From NCBI GenBank assembly GCA_047967505.1, contig CM106538.1: a stretch of DNA of 64,000 nucleotides; one strand, written 5' to 3'. The notes beneath the pieces are model-generated. The model ran no database searches. It had not been told where the DNA came from and saw only the letters and a program-made list of their open reading frames with translations. Made by a program: the position numbers and the translations under genes. Shown piece by piece: positions 1-11,527 of the stretch (positions are counted from its first letter, which is position 1; every line of letters begins with the position of its first letter). The DNA comes from Dipteris shenzhenensis. Lineage: Eukaryota.

Positions 1-429
1 ACTTTGTATTTAACAAAACATTGCACTCCATATCGTATGATATTATTATATATCACACTATGAAATCATCCTCAGAATTGCTAAAATCTGGATGGGCACT
101 GGTATCAAGTGGCCCCCAAAGATAGGAGCATTAGGCAAGGCACATAGGAGATTGCAATATACCTATATCTTCATCACTACATTGTCCCTTGACATCATTC
201 CTCATCGTCCAATGCTCTACCATTTGCATACACATATACCTGTTCTCTAGCTTGTCTTTTTGCATGCCATTTCTTGTGTGATGGAATGCACAAACTTAAT
301 GTACAAGATTGAGACAACACTTTTGTGGCTAGCATCTACAAATGATGTGGCGATGCTCCACACTCCTCCCACCATCTCCATGTAGGCATCTCTTTCACCA
401 AGTATTTTATTCTTACATATGCATACTAT

Positions 430-2050
430 GGAAAAGGGTGCTTTGGGTCTCTTCTCTTTTCTTTTCTTTTCACTATGTACAACAACCCTTCCTTTTTCAT
501 AATGTAGACAACTCTCAGACAATAGTAGCATATTCAATATTATCTTCAAGAATCATCCCAAGATCTCATGCCAAAATTGCATTATTTGCACATCTATGAT
601 CTATTTTGATGCAATATTCCCACCATGCAAGGTCTAAGATATGACCAGTATAGTGAAGAGAGTTATGGGTGTGATCCCATCTCTTCCACACAAACGATTT
701 CAATAGTGGGTGGTAATTGGCACCATATATGATTTTTTCCTGTTAGTTTTGTTAAGAAGCTAAATTTTTATATTGATGGTGAAAGTTTGTATGCCCTAAT
801 AAAAATAAAGGTTTGAAACATTCGCCAAGATTTGAAACTTTTATGAGAAAAAATGTATAGTTTCACCAGGATTTTTAACTTTTTCTTCAAATGTCAAATG
901 AAAACATGTAACAAATTGTAATGCATTCTATCAATGTTATGAAACTAAAAAACTAGCTTGAGAAACTTTTGCCTAGTATTTATATTAATATATAAGTAGA
1001 GCTTCGATAAAAACATCCTTGATTGGCACTATACCCACCATCGCCATGACTTGTACCTTCCTTTAGCACATCTTGCTCAGTAGTCCATCAAGCCTTGTAC
1101 ACACTCCCCATGTTTGGCTCTTTCATGTCAACTTGTAAATATTGAACCATATGGGCCTCATTGCATCCACTACATCCAATATTCTCTTTTAGAAATTGGG
1201 ATTGTTATAGATCATCTTTAGTTTAGTGAATTCTACCTGAAATCCACTCTCATGTGACTAAGCTATCCACTCTATTGCCTCTATAGTGAACAAGGTTTAG
1301 TTATAAATCTTTTTTGCTTTGGAAAATGCTCCAACATTATATAGTTTGTTCTGAACCGTATCTCACTAGGCCTGAGTGGGCTTGATGTTTTCTAGATATG
1401 CCCAATAATATTTTGTGATTAGCAAAGTACAACACCACTTTTTGACCCTCATCTATAGTTGCTTTGAAGAAGTGGGTCTCGGTGATTTATATCAATCTTT
1501 GAGGATAAGGTCCAAACAATGGCAGGAGCATGGAGAGGCCCAAATTCTAGATAATTTTTTATTTATTATGTTTCCATGTTTTTTATGGTTCTTCACATTA
1601 TTAGTGATTGACATTCACATCCCCAATTACATTCGAGCAAGTTGTTGTTTGTGTCATTGAACCTATAACACTGCTACGAGTTGACACATTTTGCAAAGAA
1701 CCATCTACAACTACACACATCTTGAGTTTTTAGACAAGTGATTCTATCATTAATGGTAGGTTGGACTTGTTGATGTGCCATTATCTAATTGACTTGGCTG
1801 TCTACACTTCAAGGTACATCTCTAGCTCTGGCAATACTCTCTCAACTCCTTCTCAACTCTCCGCCCTCTGCACTTTCCAATTTTCTTCTGACGATTACCA
1901 ATGAAATGCCTTTGCATTCTTATGTCTGAGCCTATGTACACTTTGTGGAAAATTTCACATCTCTATTTTTTAGTACTTAGCATTGTAACATAATCCCAAG
2001 TCTTTGTAGGATTTTGCCCTCATCTCTTTAAAGCATGCAATGACTGCTAT
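430..2050 (-). pseudogene. Heavily degraded hAT-family transposase (DUF659 region plus C-terminal dimerisation remnant)
   Basis: Manual minus-strand translation gives IWASPCSCHCLDLILKD (about 1497-1546), LRPSEIRF (about 1353-1376), EPNMGSVYKA (about 1091-1120), AWWEYC (about 611-628) and VHSEKKR (about 460-482). These are in the order of the hAT motifs WxPCxxHxxxL, RPxxTRF, MGxxY, WW and HSKKRNRL. Many stops and frameshifts; termini not found. Confidence 0.75.
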
Positions 2051-5000
2051 CTAGGTTAAAGAGAAACCAAAAGTGAATAGAAACTTTAGTAATTACTCCT
2101 AACTAATATTCATTCATGCATATTTCCATTTTTATGTTTATATCATGATATTCAAGATACTTGAAATAGACAACTTTGGTTTTCTTTGGTCAATTCTACA
2201 TCGAGAAATTTATGTAGGTATCTAGCACATTATCCTTATAGGATTTTATGTAAGTTAACTAGACTACTAGAGAGAGAAACCATCCAATTATCTTGTCCCC
2301 TCCCATTGTAATTTAAGGATTATGAATGTGGTAATAAAGCTATTAAAATAGGTGTTGGATGGGAAAATCGTTGCTAGAGATAGAAACCATCCAACATCCT
2401 TCTCACTCTCGGGTAAGGATCTATCTATACCATGACCATTTACAACATCATGATTTTTTTATGAATGTCGGTATTCACACACAATATTGCATTAGCTATA
2501 ATTACTTACATTTAAAACTTATAGCCATTTCTTCCCTCTAAGCTAGCATCCTTTATAATAAATAATCTAATGTCTACTTTGATTAGACAACGATCAATAT
2601 CCTACATTTTCTCCCCGCATTCATTTCTTTTCTCTAAGCTAGTGTCTTTTCTAAACAAGTTTACATCTTTTCTTTCCTCCGATTTATCATCTTTCTTAAA
2701 AGCTAGCAATTGAGAAATACACAACCTAATCGACTTTTCTAAGCATATAAAAGGGGATAGCAAACGCAAGGTGGATTCCTCTGAAGATCTAGGAAAGGAG
2801 CTCTATGGATGGGTTGCAAATAAACAAGACTAATTTTGCAGGCAATGAGCAACCTAATGAGTAAAATTCATTTCCCACGTCTTCAAAGGAAACCATCTTG
2901 TGCTCCTAGGTTCTCTTTCCTCTTCTCCAAAAAGCTAACTTCAAAATCTTGGCTGTCTCCATCATGTCATTATTAAACTCAATAATAGACTTTGCTAAAT
3001 GGCCATTAAAGCTCCAAAGTGTGTGCATAGCTTGTGCACACTCTTAAGATGGAAGTGAGAAATTTTCATTCTTCTTTATCCAACATGCATGACATTAATG
3101 ATTATTGATGTTGATGATTATACCTATCCATGGCCAAACAAGCTTTTCATTGGTCTACCTTTAGGGCGTCTCTTGTTTAAGACCTTAGATTATTAGAGTT
3201 TGGGTATACTTTGGATGAAACAAAAGAGAATTTGGAAGCAAAAAAGAGCCTCAAACTAGCTCAAATGAAGCATTACAAATGCAGTCTCTCCTCCACAGTT
3301 GGTAAGCATTAAATTGTTGTGATGTGAAATATGTGCTAAAATTTTCTCTAGCTTTGGAGTCTTAAACATGTAATGTTCTTGTTGTAGGGGCATTGGCATT
3401 TTGAGCAAGTAGAATCAATGAAGGTCGTAGCTCTGGAAACAATCCTTGCTTGTTATGTTCATTAATGCTACACTAATGAAGGTCATACCTTTAGAAGAAA
3501 TCCTTGCTAGTTTTGCCACTATTATGCTTGTAAAGGTCACGCAAAGCATCATAGCCTCCAAAGGAAGAATCACATGAGGATACTTCACATTCTCCATAGA
3601 CAAATTTACCCTTGTGGAGCATGTAGATGGCCTTAATCTAAAGTAGCCAAAAGTTCTAGTAACAAAAAGATATTCGATGTAAATGCAGCTTTATTTCATG
3701 TGCTCATGATGCTTATTTCATGTACTCTTCATTAATTATATCAAAGGCCTCATGATGTTTATATTAATTGTCTCAATGCATGCAATTACATTAAATCTCT
3801 TATGACAAAATTGATAATTATATGAAGTGTCATGATCTCTTTTTAATTTATTAAATATGTCATGTTTCTTTAATGGCTCATGATCTTTTTAATTATATTA
3901 AATGTCTACTCATAGATTTTTCTGATCCCTTTCAATTATATTAAGTGTCTCATAATGCTTCTTTTTAAGTTTTATTATAACTAACTATTAGCTTTCAAAA
4001 GTCTCTATAAGGTGTTATGTTAAATTTTATACTTTATTTTTATTTAGTTTAAAAAACTTACAAAATTATCTTACTTGTAAGAGGTTTCTTTATTTTATTT
4101 TATTTTTTTGGAGATTTCTTTTTTATACCAAAGTACTTATAAAAATGAATTTGAAGACTGCACCAATCCAAAATTAATGAAATAGGTGTTACATATATGT
4201 CTAAGGCTAGGAGAATGTAGAATCCTTTTTCCTTGACTTAAGATATATAATCGTCAAATATTGAAAAGTGTTGGGACAAGACTAGTAGTGAGGTTGGCAT
4301 ATCTCAATCAGTGCAGGAAGCTCTACAAAACAAGTGTCTACCAACAAATGCAAAGGTGAACATCTCCTCCTTGATCCATGACTATTTTGTGGTCTTATTA
4401 GGTCCCTTGGCACGAAGGGGAATCGACATGCAGATGAGTGACTTCACAATATTCTTTTGATGCTCTCGAACACTCAAAACTCATACAAGCTAGACCACTG
4501 TTGGCTTTAATACCATTGATGGCTTAATTCATAAGCACAAGTTGAATAACAACAAGAGAAACATAAAACATAGAGCTGCATGAAATCATAAATATAAATA
4601 AAACCTACAAGCCTTCTTTTTATTTTCGATGCACAATCAGAGAATGTACCTCAACACACAAACTCACTCATCACGAGATCATCATAATTGTCTCCTCAGG
4701 CCTACCAGCCTTGTTGGATTCTCACCTACAATATTTTTAAACCATAAGCATCCGTGCAACAACTTTAATTCAATGCAATCTATGCGCCGGCACTGGATCA
4801 AAGTTTCAAGATATATAGATTCTTGAGCTATTGTGCAAATTGAGAAAGCTTAATGAAATTTGATGGCATGATATTGATAAAAGACTATTTTTATTTTTCA
4901 ATGACCAAGATTGACCAATCTTCTAGAAGACTTAAGACTTCTAAGCTTATGAAAAAAGCAAAACAAAAAATACACAATGTCTAGTTTGCTCAACATATTA

Positions 5001-5387
5001 TGAATTGTTATAATTGAAAAAATAGATTCACATCTTTTGAAAAGTTTTCGAGATAGATCTAAGATTGAAAATAGTATGAATTTAGACAGCTCTTAAAGAC
5101 TTACCCAAACTTTAAATTAAATTTTCTATTGGAAACCTAGTCGCGTTTGCAAGGAAGATGCAAGGACTTCGATAAATAACAAAATAATAAAATTTATTCG
5201 TTTACATAAGTTTGTGCTTATGAAAATAGCCGAGCAACACTACACGTAATAATATGTGTTCGATTGGAAACTTCAAGTTTATTGTATGTTTCAATTTTAT
5301 TGTATGAGTTTGTCATGCGTTTCACACCATACCTTGCTATGTCTAGAGGGGCCGTGCCGAGCGAGCATAATGCATGAAAACTGCCGT

Positions 5388-6746
5388 TCACCAAAGCAAA
5401 ACGACGAACACAAGTATAAAAAGAAGGAAAGTGGAGCACGGCGTTGACGTCGGTACGCTGCTAGAGTCTAGCCTCACGTACACAGTTCACGAGCCTGTTT
5501 CCTCTTTAATGAGATTGAGCTTAAACAGGTCATGAATTCCACGTACACAGTTCACGAGCCTGTTTCCTCTTTAATGAGATTGAGCTTAAACAGGTCATGA
5601 ATTCCATAACACGAGCTCGATAGATTGTCGTAGACAAAGGCGGCGCACGTGCAATTCTGGAGGCCGTAGGTCTTGCAATCGTCCAGGGAACTGTTCAAAC
5701 CTGTTGCACCGTTCAGAAATGCGAAGCACGTTGTATTTTCTAGCTTGAAAAACTCTATCTCGTTGACAGGTTGTCCGTCCGGCCCGCAATTACCAGGCAG
5801 TGGATTCTTACGGTTGCAGAGATCACTAGTGCAAGAGCACTGCTGCGTCGCCGGGTCGCAGGTTAAATACCATGAATATAAATCTCCGCAGGCATCAGGA
5901 TACTGGCACTGGTTTGTGAGAACTGCAGAATGGATTTGCCAGCTCCCGGTAATGTTACGCCAATAGGAAATGACAAAGTTGCCGTCGTTTGGGATATTTG
6001 CCATCCACGTCTTGTAATCGGCGACTGTATCGTTGACCCGTTGATCGATCAAGGGAGTGGAGTGATCATCATATAGCTGCAAGTTGCCTCTATCCAGTGC
6101 AGCGTATGCTATGACCTTTTCTCGCGAGTCTGGAAAGAGCTGCCAGTAGGGCAATGGATCATATTCCTCTCCATAGGACCCGGTAAACCTGTCCCAGACA
6201 TAAAGAACGAGTGAGTAGAAGTGGCACCAATGTCGGTTATCGATATATTCATTCCTAAACGGAGCACTGGACCGGACAGGAGCGCAGGGCCAGGAGCATC
6301 GAAACATTGCCACACAACACGGTTTTCCGCGTCGAGGAGAACAAGATTAGACGTGTCCTGTAGCTCCAAGGAGGTGACGCCCCTTCCAGCGGTGTTGGTG
6401 GCCCAAAGCTCGAGACCCGAAGGGTGGTCGAGGACCACCAGGTTACCATCGATGCGGAAAAGGAAAGTGTAGGTGGCACTGCAAAGCAACGGCTGAGACC
6501 AGACAATGGAAGAGGCGAGATCAATGGAGAGGGTGCAGCCGTAATGAGAATCCGATTGAATGAAGAGGGTGGAGGAGGAATCAGAGGAGGAGGAGGAATC
6601 AGAGGAGGAAAGGATCTTGAATCTGGGAAGGGCAACGGAGGTGGTGATGAAGCGGGGGAAGAGGCCGCCTGTGAGCGTGGTGGTGGTACTGCAAGAAGCG
6701 AAGGTGACAAAGAGAATGAAGCAGCAGGCCCCATTGAAGCTCCCAT
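5388..6746 (-). pseudogene. G-type (bulb) lectin / S-domain / EGF / PAN membrane protein with no kinase domain in view; disrupted
   Basis: Signal-like FILFVTFASC; B-lectin IVWSQP...FRIDGNLVV...LWATNTAGRGVTSLELQDTSNLVLLDAENRVVWQCFDAP; EGF-like CQYPDACG...CSC; PAN-like CKTYGLQNCTCAAFVYDNLSSSCY; then TVYVRL and hydrophobic TFLLFILVFVVLLW-stop. Frameshifts near 6720 and 6220, an in-frame TGA before TVYVRL, and a 65-bp duplication. Confidence 0.85.
5475..5604. repeat. Perfect 65-bp tandem duplication inside the lectin pseudogene
   Basis: cacgtacacagttcacgagcc...caggtcatgaattc occurs at 5475-5539 and 5540-5604. Confidence 0.95.
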
Positions 6747-7372
6747 GGAAGAAGACCAGTGATATTGCAATGGAGCTCCCATTGAATAGACGAGCGATAC
6801 TAGTGCTATTGCAATTAAGCTTGCCTGTTCTCTCTCTTTCATATATATATAAATCTTGATCTATTTTGTTGGGACCTCAATAGGTACCCACGCTTGGATT
6901 CCTCAGGCCATTTTTGGGGCTTTTCTTCGGTCGCTCAGCTCAAGGCTTCATATCACAGCCCAATTCAAGCTTTTTCCTCCATGCAACACCTCAATTTCAA
7001 TTTGTATATATCTAGTCCATGGCATCTACTTCTTGATATAAGGTCTCTCCCCTTTCACTTCTCATTGCCGAGTCCAAGGCATCGAGTTATGTGGCGCATA
7101 GATATTGAAATAAAATCTCCATCTTTACACCTCCACATGATGCCTATGCTTGGCTACACCCGATTGTGGGTCATTGTTTGCTTGGGTGTAGCCAATCGCA
7201 AAACTATTTTCTGGGCCATTTTAGGGGCGCGACGCGATGCGCTCTTGGGTGAGATTTTGAATTTGGGGCAGACCCATGCTCTCGCCAGAAATTTTTTCAA
7301 TGTCATGATGCCGCACTGGTGTAATAATGAGACGCAATCTATCATTTTGAACACGGCAAAGCTCAACACACG

Positions 7373-7520
7373 GTAGCTCTACCCTGCTTCATGCAATGCA
7401 GTCTCTCGCCTGACTACATCGTGCAGCTCTGCCTTGCTTCATGCAGCACAATCTCTGGCCTAACTACATCATGCAACTCTACCCTGCTTCGCACAGCGCA
7501 GTCTCTGACACATCGCGTAG
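7373..7520. repeat. Degenerate 50-bp tandem repeat, about 3 units
   Basis: accctgcttc, gccttgcttc and accctgcttc begin at 7381, 7431 and 7481 with similar downstream sequence. Confidence 0.8.
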
Positions 7521-7599
7521 CCTTTTATCATAGCTTTGCCACCTGTCATCAAGCAGTGTGCGGATGCAGATCATGAAAATTCAACGTTGGCTTGGAGTG

Positions 7600-7712
7600 A
7601 CCACCGCGTTGGTTCTTGGAGTTATGGAATTATCTATTTTTTCTTATTAACTACTCCGCTGGTTCTTGGAGTTATGAAGTTACCTATTTTTACTTATTAA
7701 CCACCGCGTTGG
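7600..7712. repeat. About 50-bp tandem repeat interrupted by the copia insertion; resumes at 19646-19692
   Basis: Unit ccaccgcgttggttcttggagttatg...cttattaa; the third unit breaks after gttgg (7712) and continues at 19646. Confidence 0.9.
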
Positions 7713-7720
7713 TGTGAAGA

Positions 7721-8489
7721 GGCTCCCCCTGCCTCTAGAGTTACCACGTCCTCCTCCAAAGGACTGGTTTTCTTGAGTTTGCTACATATTTTGATTTCTA
7801 CCACGGCCTCTAGATCGGCCTCCTCTACCTCTGCCTCTACCTCTTCCAGCATTTGAGTAGAAGATAGTTTCTTTTGAAGTTCCTCCTGAAGAAGATGCAC
7901 CAACATTCCTCTGCTCTTCAGAAATTAGAAGAGCAAACAACTCAAAATCAGGAAATTTTTCACGGACGGCAATGGATGTCCGGAACTGTGCATAATCCTT
8001 TCCTAGACAATTCAAGGTCACAAAAACTAGATCATCATCTTCCACTGGCGACCCAATGGAAGCAAGTGCATCTGCAATTTTCTTCACCTTCATGTGGTAG
8101 TCATTGATGCTCATATTTTCTCTTTGCACATTGTGCAACTCCTGCTTGAGCTGCATTTTCCTGGCTTGCGTATTTGTGCTGTACATTTTTGCCAAAATAT
8201 CCCATGCCTCCTTTGGTGTACTTGCATCCTGAATATGCACAATCATAGAATATGAAATACTGATAAACAACCAGTACATAACTTTTCTGGCCCTCTCATA
8301 CCATCCTTTAAATGCCTGCATTTCCTGTTGATTGGGAACATTAGGAAGAACAAGTTTTTCTTCATTTCCTATAATGAACTCCCAATAGCCTTTTCCCATA
8401 AGGAAATTCGTCATTTTAAACTTCCATGCTTGGAAGTTGTTCTTGTCAAGATTTTCAGTGACAATCTATGAAAGAGAATCAGACACCAT
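7721..8489 (-). pseudogene. gag: Copia gag, truncated before the zinc knuckle
   Basis: LDKNNFQAWKFKMTNFLMGKGYWEFI...ASTPKEAWDILAKMYS...LKQELHNVQRE...GRGRGRG; TAG stops at 8466-8468 and 7782-7784. Confidence 0.9.
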
Positions 8490-8937
8490 TACAGAACACT
8501 GCAAAATATTCTGTCACTGCAAAAAACACAGCTTCTGCCTCACACGGGAAAATCTGCAAAACTGACGAAAGTGGTATTTGACCACACAGTCACTTCCTAG
8601 TGACGATTTTCATCAACAAGCAATAAGGATGATTCTATAACTCCCAGTATCTCTACGCACAGGCATACGATGCAATTTTTGCGGCAACTTTTCACCGACC
8701 TATAGAGTAGTGGTCGCACAGCAAAAACATGGCCTTTTTCTCAGTGCTTGCGGAGAACTTCCGCCTCCAAAACAGGCCTCGAAATGGCCTCGAATCAGAA
8801 ATTTGCACTCTTGCACTTTTCGGCTGTGCTACCTACAGAGATTTGCTCCCAAACTCAAAAAAGGAAAGCAACACTGGTCCTCTTACCAGGACACCGCGAA
8901 CTTCATTTGCTTTCTTAAGCTCCTTACCATGAACCAG

Positions 8938-8949
8938 GCTCTGATACCA
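8938..8949 (-). promoter_or_regulatory. Primer-binding site (tRNA-iMet)
   Basis: Minus strand reads TGGTATCAGAGC directly after the LTR end ...TCTTCACA. Confidence 0.92.
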
Positions 8950-9176
8950 TGTGAAGATAGTGGGAGAGAAGGAAGGAGTCTCACTTGCGGCTTTCTCACG
9001 TACACAATGGGGGAATACACACAAAGGTGGAGGCTGAAAATAGTTTTCCTCTTCTTACTTGTGAAAGCCAAAAGAACTCAAGTACAAAGAAATAGAACAC
9101 TACAAGGCATAGGCCATTTTCCGACGAAAATACCAACGCTTTTTACATTAAAAATTTTTTTTTTCACGGGCGCAAA

Positions 9177-9375
9177 GGTCGCTATAAAAGTCGTTAAAAT
9201 CGTCGGAAAAGGAGCGTCGCTATAAACCGTCGCTATATAGCGACGCTGTTAATCGTCGCTATTTAGCGACGATGTAAACGTCGCTATATAGCGACGATAC
9301 AAACGTCGCTATATAGCGACTCTGTTAATCGTCGCTATATAGCGACACTGGTAAACGTCGCTATATAGCGACGAT
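9177..9375. repeat. Left subterminal repeat cluster of the CACTA element
   Basis: About five perfect copies plus variants of the palindrome GTCGCTATATAGCGAC. Confidence 0.92.
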
Positions 9376-9648
9376 TAACAGAAGGTAAAAAAAATGGTTA
9401 GTGGGGCTAAACAGGGCCAAAAGGAAGCCCTGTTTAGCCCCACTAACCTTTTTTTTTTTTTGTAATTACAAAAGAAAGTTTTTTATAACAAAATTTCCCT
9501 TGCTTGCAGGGTGATACAAAATTGTTCTTGTGAACGATGAGGAAGAAATGCATATACATATACAACTGTGTTTGAAACAAAATTACCCTGTGAAAGGGTG
9601 ATACAAAATGGCTCTAACGAGCGGATATGAAAAATGCTACTACCACTA

Positions 9649-11230
9649 CTAATCCGAATCCGAATCCGAATCCGAATCGTCTTGTTGGGCTGTTCCCTGG
9701 TCCTCGGCACCTGCATCTTCTCCCTCGTCCCCGACACCTGCGTCTTCTCCTTCGTCATCGGCACCTGCGTCCGATCCTTGCCCCTGTTGATCGCTCGTCT
9801 CTGATGATGGGACGCTTGAGCTTTGACCCTGAGACTGAACCATATAAATCGAAAATTAGATTGGAACTTAAATTAAAAAGTGAGATTACAAGCAGGAGTA
9901 AACTTATACCGTGCGAGCAGCCACCTCAGCCCAATCGACTGTCGCTCCCATTGCCTCTTGCTCAATGAACCACGGCTTGGTTCCTATCCGAAATGCGCGC
10001 CGCGTCTCTGCATCCGTAGGAAGACGACCCATCGCAGCTTGCTGTGGATCCAATTTACGAGAGTTAGAGTTAGCTAAAGTGCATGTAATATGTAAGTAAA
10101 ACAAATAGAACAATACATTAAATGGAAAGAAGTAAACTTACCACGGTTGCCTCGAACGCATACCGTCCACCTGCACCAAAGTGCGAAGTACCTACGACAT
10201 CCAGCCGTCTCTTCGCAGCCCTCCTCTGACCCTCGAACATTTCAGGATGGTCCCTATTCTGCTTCTTCAAGAACTTCCAATCAGCTTTGTCTGCCCAGCT
10301 GGGTTTAGACAACCCCTTTGTAATGGAAGTACGCATGGTTGATCTGCGATGCTTTAGGACCAAACCCATGCGCTCGAGCATATAACTGTTATTAAACTCC
10401 ACATTTGGCGGATTAGGAAATCTGAGTTTTAACTCATCGATCACCGCCTGCTTCTTTTGGGCATCTTGATACCGCCAATCGATATTTATGCCGCTCTTGA
10501 AGTGATGACTCATCAACCGCCTCATGGCGGCCATCACTGCTTTGCCCTTTTTGTCTTCTATTATCTCTCCGGCAGATGTGATTTGATAGGAGAGATCCCC
10601 TGATGAGTAAGGGGGACTGACGGTAGCAGAGTCTGAAGGAGTGGAAGCTGCGCGACCGCTTCCGGATCGAGGAGTAGCTGTGGGAGTAGGAGAGGGAAAG
10701 GGACCTGACTGATACTGTGTCTCCGGACCAAGTGGATACCTAAAGGAGCGTGAGTGTGCTGACTCGTCTACATCTCCTGAGTCAGCACAACATGAGCCGC
10801 CCATCCTACTCTTCCTTCCCTTGCGGGAGGCATGCGCAGGTGATGATCCCGCGGTCGAAGGGGCGCGAGGGGATGGCTGGGCTGTACGTCCACCTGTCGG
10901 TGTAGGGGAAGGAATTGCGGAGGTCCTCTGAGAGAGCAGAGAGAAGAATCTCGCTGCCTCCTCATCGCTCATCTGCGCTACAAACTCGTCGGGAGTCCCA
11001 ACAAAGCCATGCGCGGCTAGCAAAGGAGTCCCCTGAGGGGTAGTCGCAGTGCTACGTGGAAGAGGGGTCGGACCAGGGGTAGTCACAGTGCTAGGACCGA
11101 GAGGAGTCGGACCAGGGGTAGTCCTCGGGGTAGTCGCCTGAGAGGAATCAAAGTCCTCTGGAGCATATAGATCGTGAGCTCTCCTCCTGCGAGGCTGTCC
11201 GTACTCGTCCGATGAGCGACGTGATCCCAT
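9649..11230 (-). CDS. CACTA TnpA-like / Transposase_24-like second protein, 3 coding exons
   Basis: Predicted exons 11230-10142, 10041-9910 and about 9834-9649 with GT-AG introns in phase 0. T/P/S-rich N-terminus, then WRYQDAQKKQ...KPSWADKADWKFLKK...SHFGAGG and an acidic tail. No stops seen. Confidence 0.7.
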
Positions 11231-11527
11231 GTCTAACATAGACACAAACACGAAAACAGAAAACAAATAAACAAACATGAGCATTCTCATAGGCATAGGC
11301 ATAGGCAAGAAGAAAGAAGAGGGAAAGGAAAGAAGAGGGAAAGGAAAGAGGGAAAGGAAAGAGGGAAAGAAGAGGGAAAGATAAGAGGGAAAGAAGATGT
11401 AAAGGAAAGAAAAGAATGAGAACGAGGAAATAGAGAATGAGAGAAAGGGAAAGAGATGAGGGAAAATAGAGAATGAGAGAAGGGGGAAATGAGAGAAGGG
11501 GGAAATAGAGTGGGAAATAGAGAATGA

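Noticed and set aside
2100-4200. Possible decayed coding sequence
   Set aside because: No motif could be recovered by eye.
4250-4830. Possible old LTR and PBS remnant (gctttaatacca at 4504-4515)
   Set aside because: Two mismatches to the PBS, and no partner LTR, TSD or coding support.
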